DNA from: a virus
Taxonomy: Duplodnaviria; Caudoviricetes
Direction: 5' to 3' (one strand)
Length of the DNA stretch: 35,316 nt
IMG/VR virus record: IMGVR_UViG_3300010234_000033
Coordinates: 1 to 35,316 of that record
Each line of letters starts with the position of its first letter. Positions within the stretch are counted from its first letter, which is position 1. This document shows positions 34,728-35,316 of this stretch, in pieces. Below the pieces are notes generated by a model. It had not been told where the DNA came from and searched no databases. It saw only the letters and a list, made by a program, of their open reading frames with translations. The translations under genes and the position numbers were made by a program.

Positions 34728-35252
34728 ATGAATGAAGATTGGAAATATATAAAAGGTACGGAACGAAACTACTTGGTAAGCAGTAAAGGTCGCATTATGA
34801 GCCTAAAGCACAAAGCAAAACCGTGGTTTTTAAAGTTTGGGAATAACAAGCAAGGGTATGAAGTGGTTACTTTGATGTATCCTAACTATGTCTCTAAAAA
34901 TAAATTAGTTCACCGATTAGTGGCTGAGGCGTTTTTATTTAATGATAATAATTTACCAATGGTTAATCATAAAGATATGAACCCTGTTAATAACAATTTA
35001 GAAAACCTTGAATGGTGTGACAATAAATACAACTTAAATCACGCAAAAAATATTAAAGGTAATTGGCAAGCACGTGGTGAAAAAAGTGGCAAAACAAAGC
35101 TTAATAATAAGCAGGTTAAAGAAATTGTTCAAATGCTAAGCGATAGAACTGACAAAGAGATATCAGAGCAGTTTGAAGTAAGCGTTTCAAATATAAATGG
35201 TATAAGAAATGGCAAATCATGGTCTTGGTTAACCGGCATTGACGCAAAGTAA
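34728..35252 (+). CDS. NUMOD4-HNH homing endonuclease
   Basis: EDWKYI...YLVSSKGRI (NUMOD4); VHRLVAEAF...VNHKDMNPVNNNLENLEW (HNH); C-terminal HTH. Confidence 0.9.
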   Translation: MNEDWKYIKGTERNYLVSSKGRIMSLKHKAKPWFLKFGNNKQGYEVVTLMYPNYVSKNKLVHRLVAEAFLFNDNNLPMVNHKDMNPVNNNLENLEWCDNKYNLNHAKNIKGNWQARGEKSGKTKLNNKQVKEIVQMLSDRTDKEISEQFEVSVSNINGIRNGKSWSWLTGIDAK

Positions 35253-35261
35253 GATTGCAGT

Positions 35262-35316
35262 TGATTTTGTACTATGGAGTAAGTGATGAGGTTTTTTGAT
35301 TGTGTAAAATGTGAAA
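35262..35316. repeat. 55-bp terminal direct repeat (right copy)
   Basis: Identical to 1-55. Confidence 0.95.

Noticed and set aside
35262-35316. Terminal repeat as a biological DTR or att site
   Set aside because: Exactly 55 bp, a common assembler k-mer length, and it cuts through the start of an ORF; best read as a circular-assembly overlap.
1-35316. Genome-wide stop-codon reassignment, CRISPR array, tRNA or diversity-generating retroelement
   Set aside because: Long genes are intact in the standard code and TAG, TGA and TAA all end genes; no repeat-spacer array, cloverleaf or reverse transcriptase was seen by eye.

Overview
The window looks like a complete, circularly assembled genome of about 35.26 kb from an AT-rich tailed phage with podovirus (P22-like) architecture. 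Bases 1-55 are identical to bases 35262-35316. Two gene arcs diverge from a non-coding region at 31170-31677, which holds three phased DnaA boxes and a structured GC-rich segment. The + strand arc (31678 to the end, wrapping to 3751) carries small early genes, a RecT-like recombinase and a NUMOD4-HNH nuclease. The - strand arc carries a lipoprotein, an XRE regulator, TerS, TerL, a metallophosphoesterase, portal, scaffold, major capsid, adaptor, nozzle, tail fibre, three probable ejection proteins, a lysis cassette and an ibrB-ibrA-helicase-loader-like operon. I recognised no integrase, DNA polymerase, primase, helicase, tRNA or CRISPR array. The most unusual signal is in the virion operon. The gene in the capsid-decoration position, the tail fibre, the gene after the fibre and a large beta-rich protein all start with Sec-type signal peptides. 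An O-antigen-ligase/oligosaccharyltransferase-like membrane protein is translationally coupled between the decoration gene and the adaptor. The scaffold starts with a prepilin-like leader. Together these suggest (inference) envelope-linked virion maturation with export and possible glycosylation of virion parts. All calls come from motif and synteny reading; no database searches were run.
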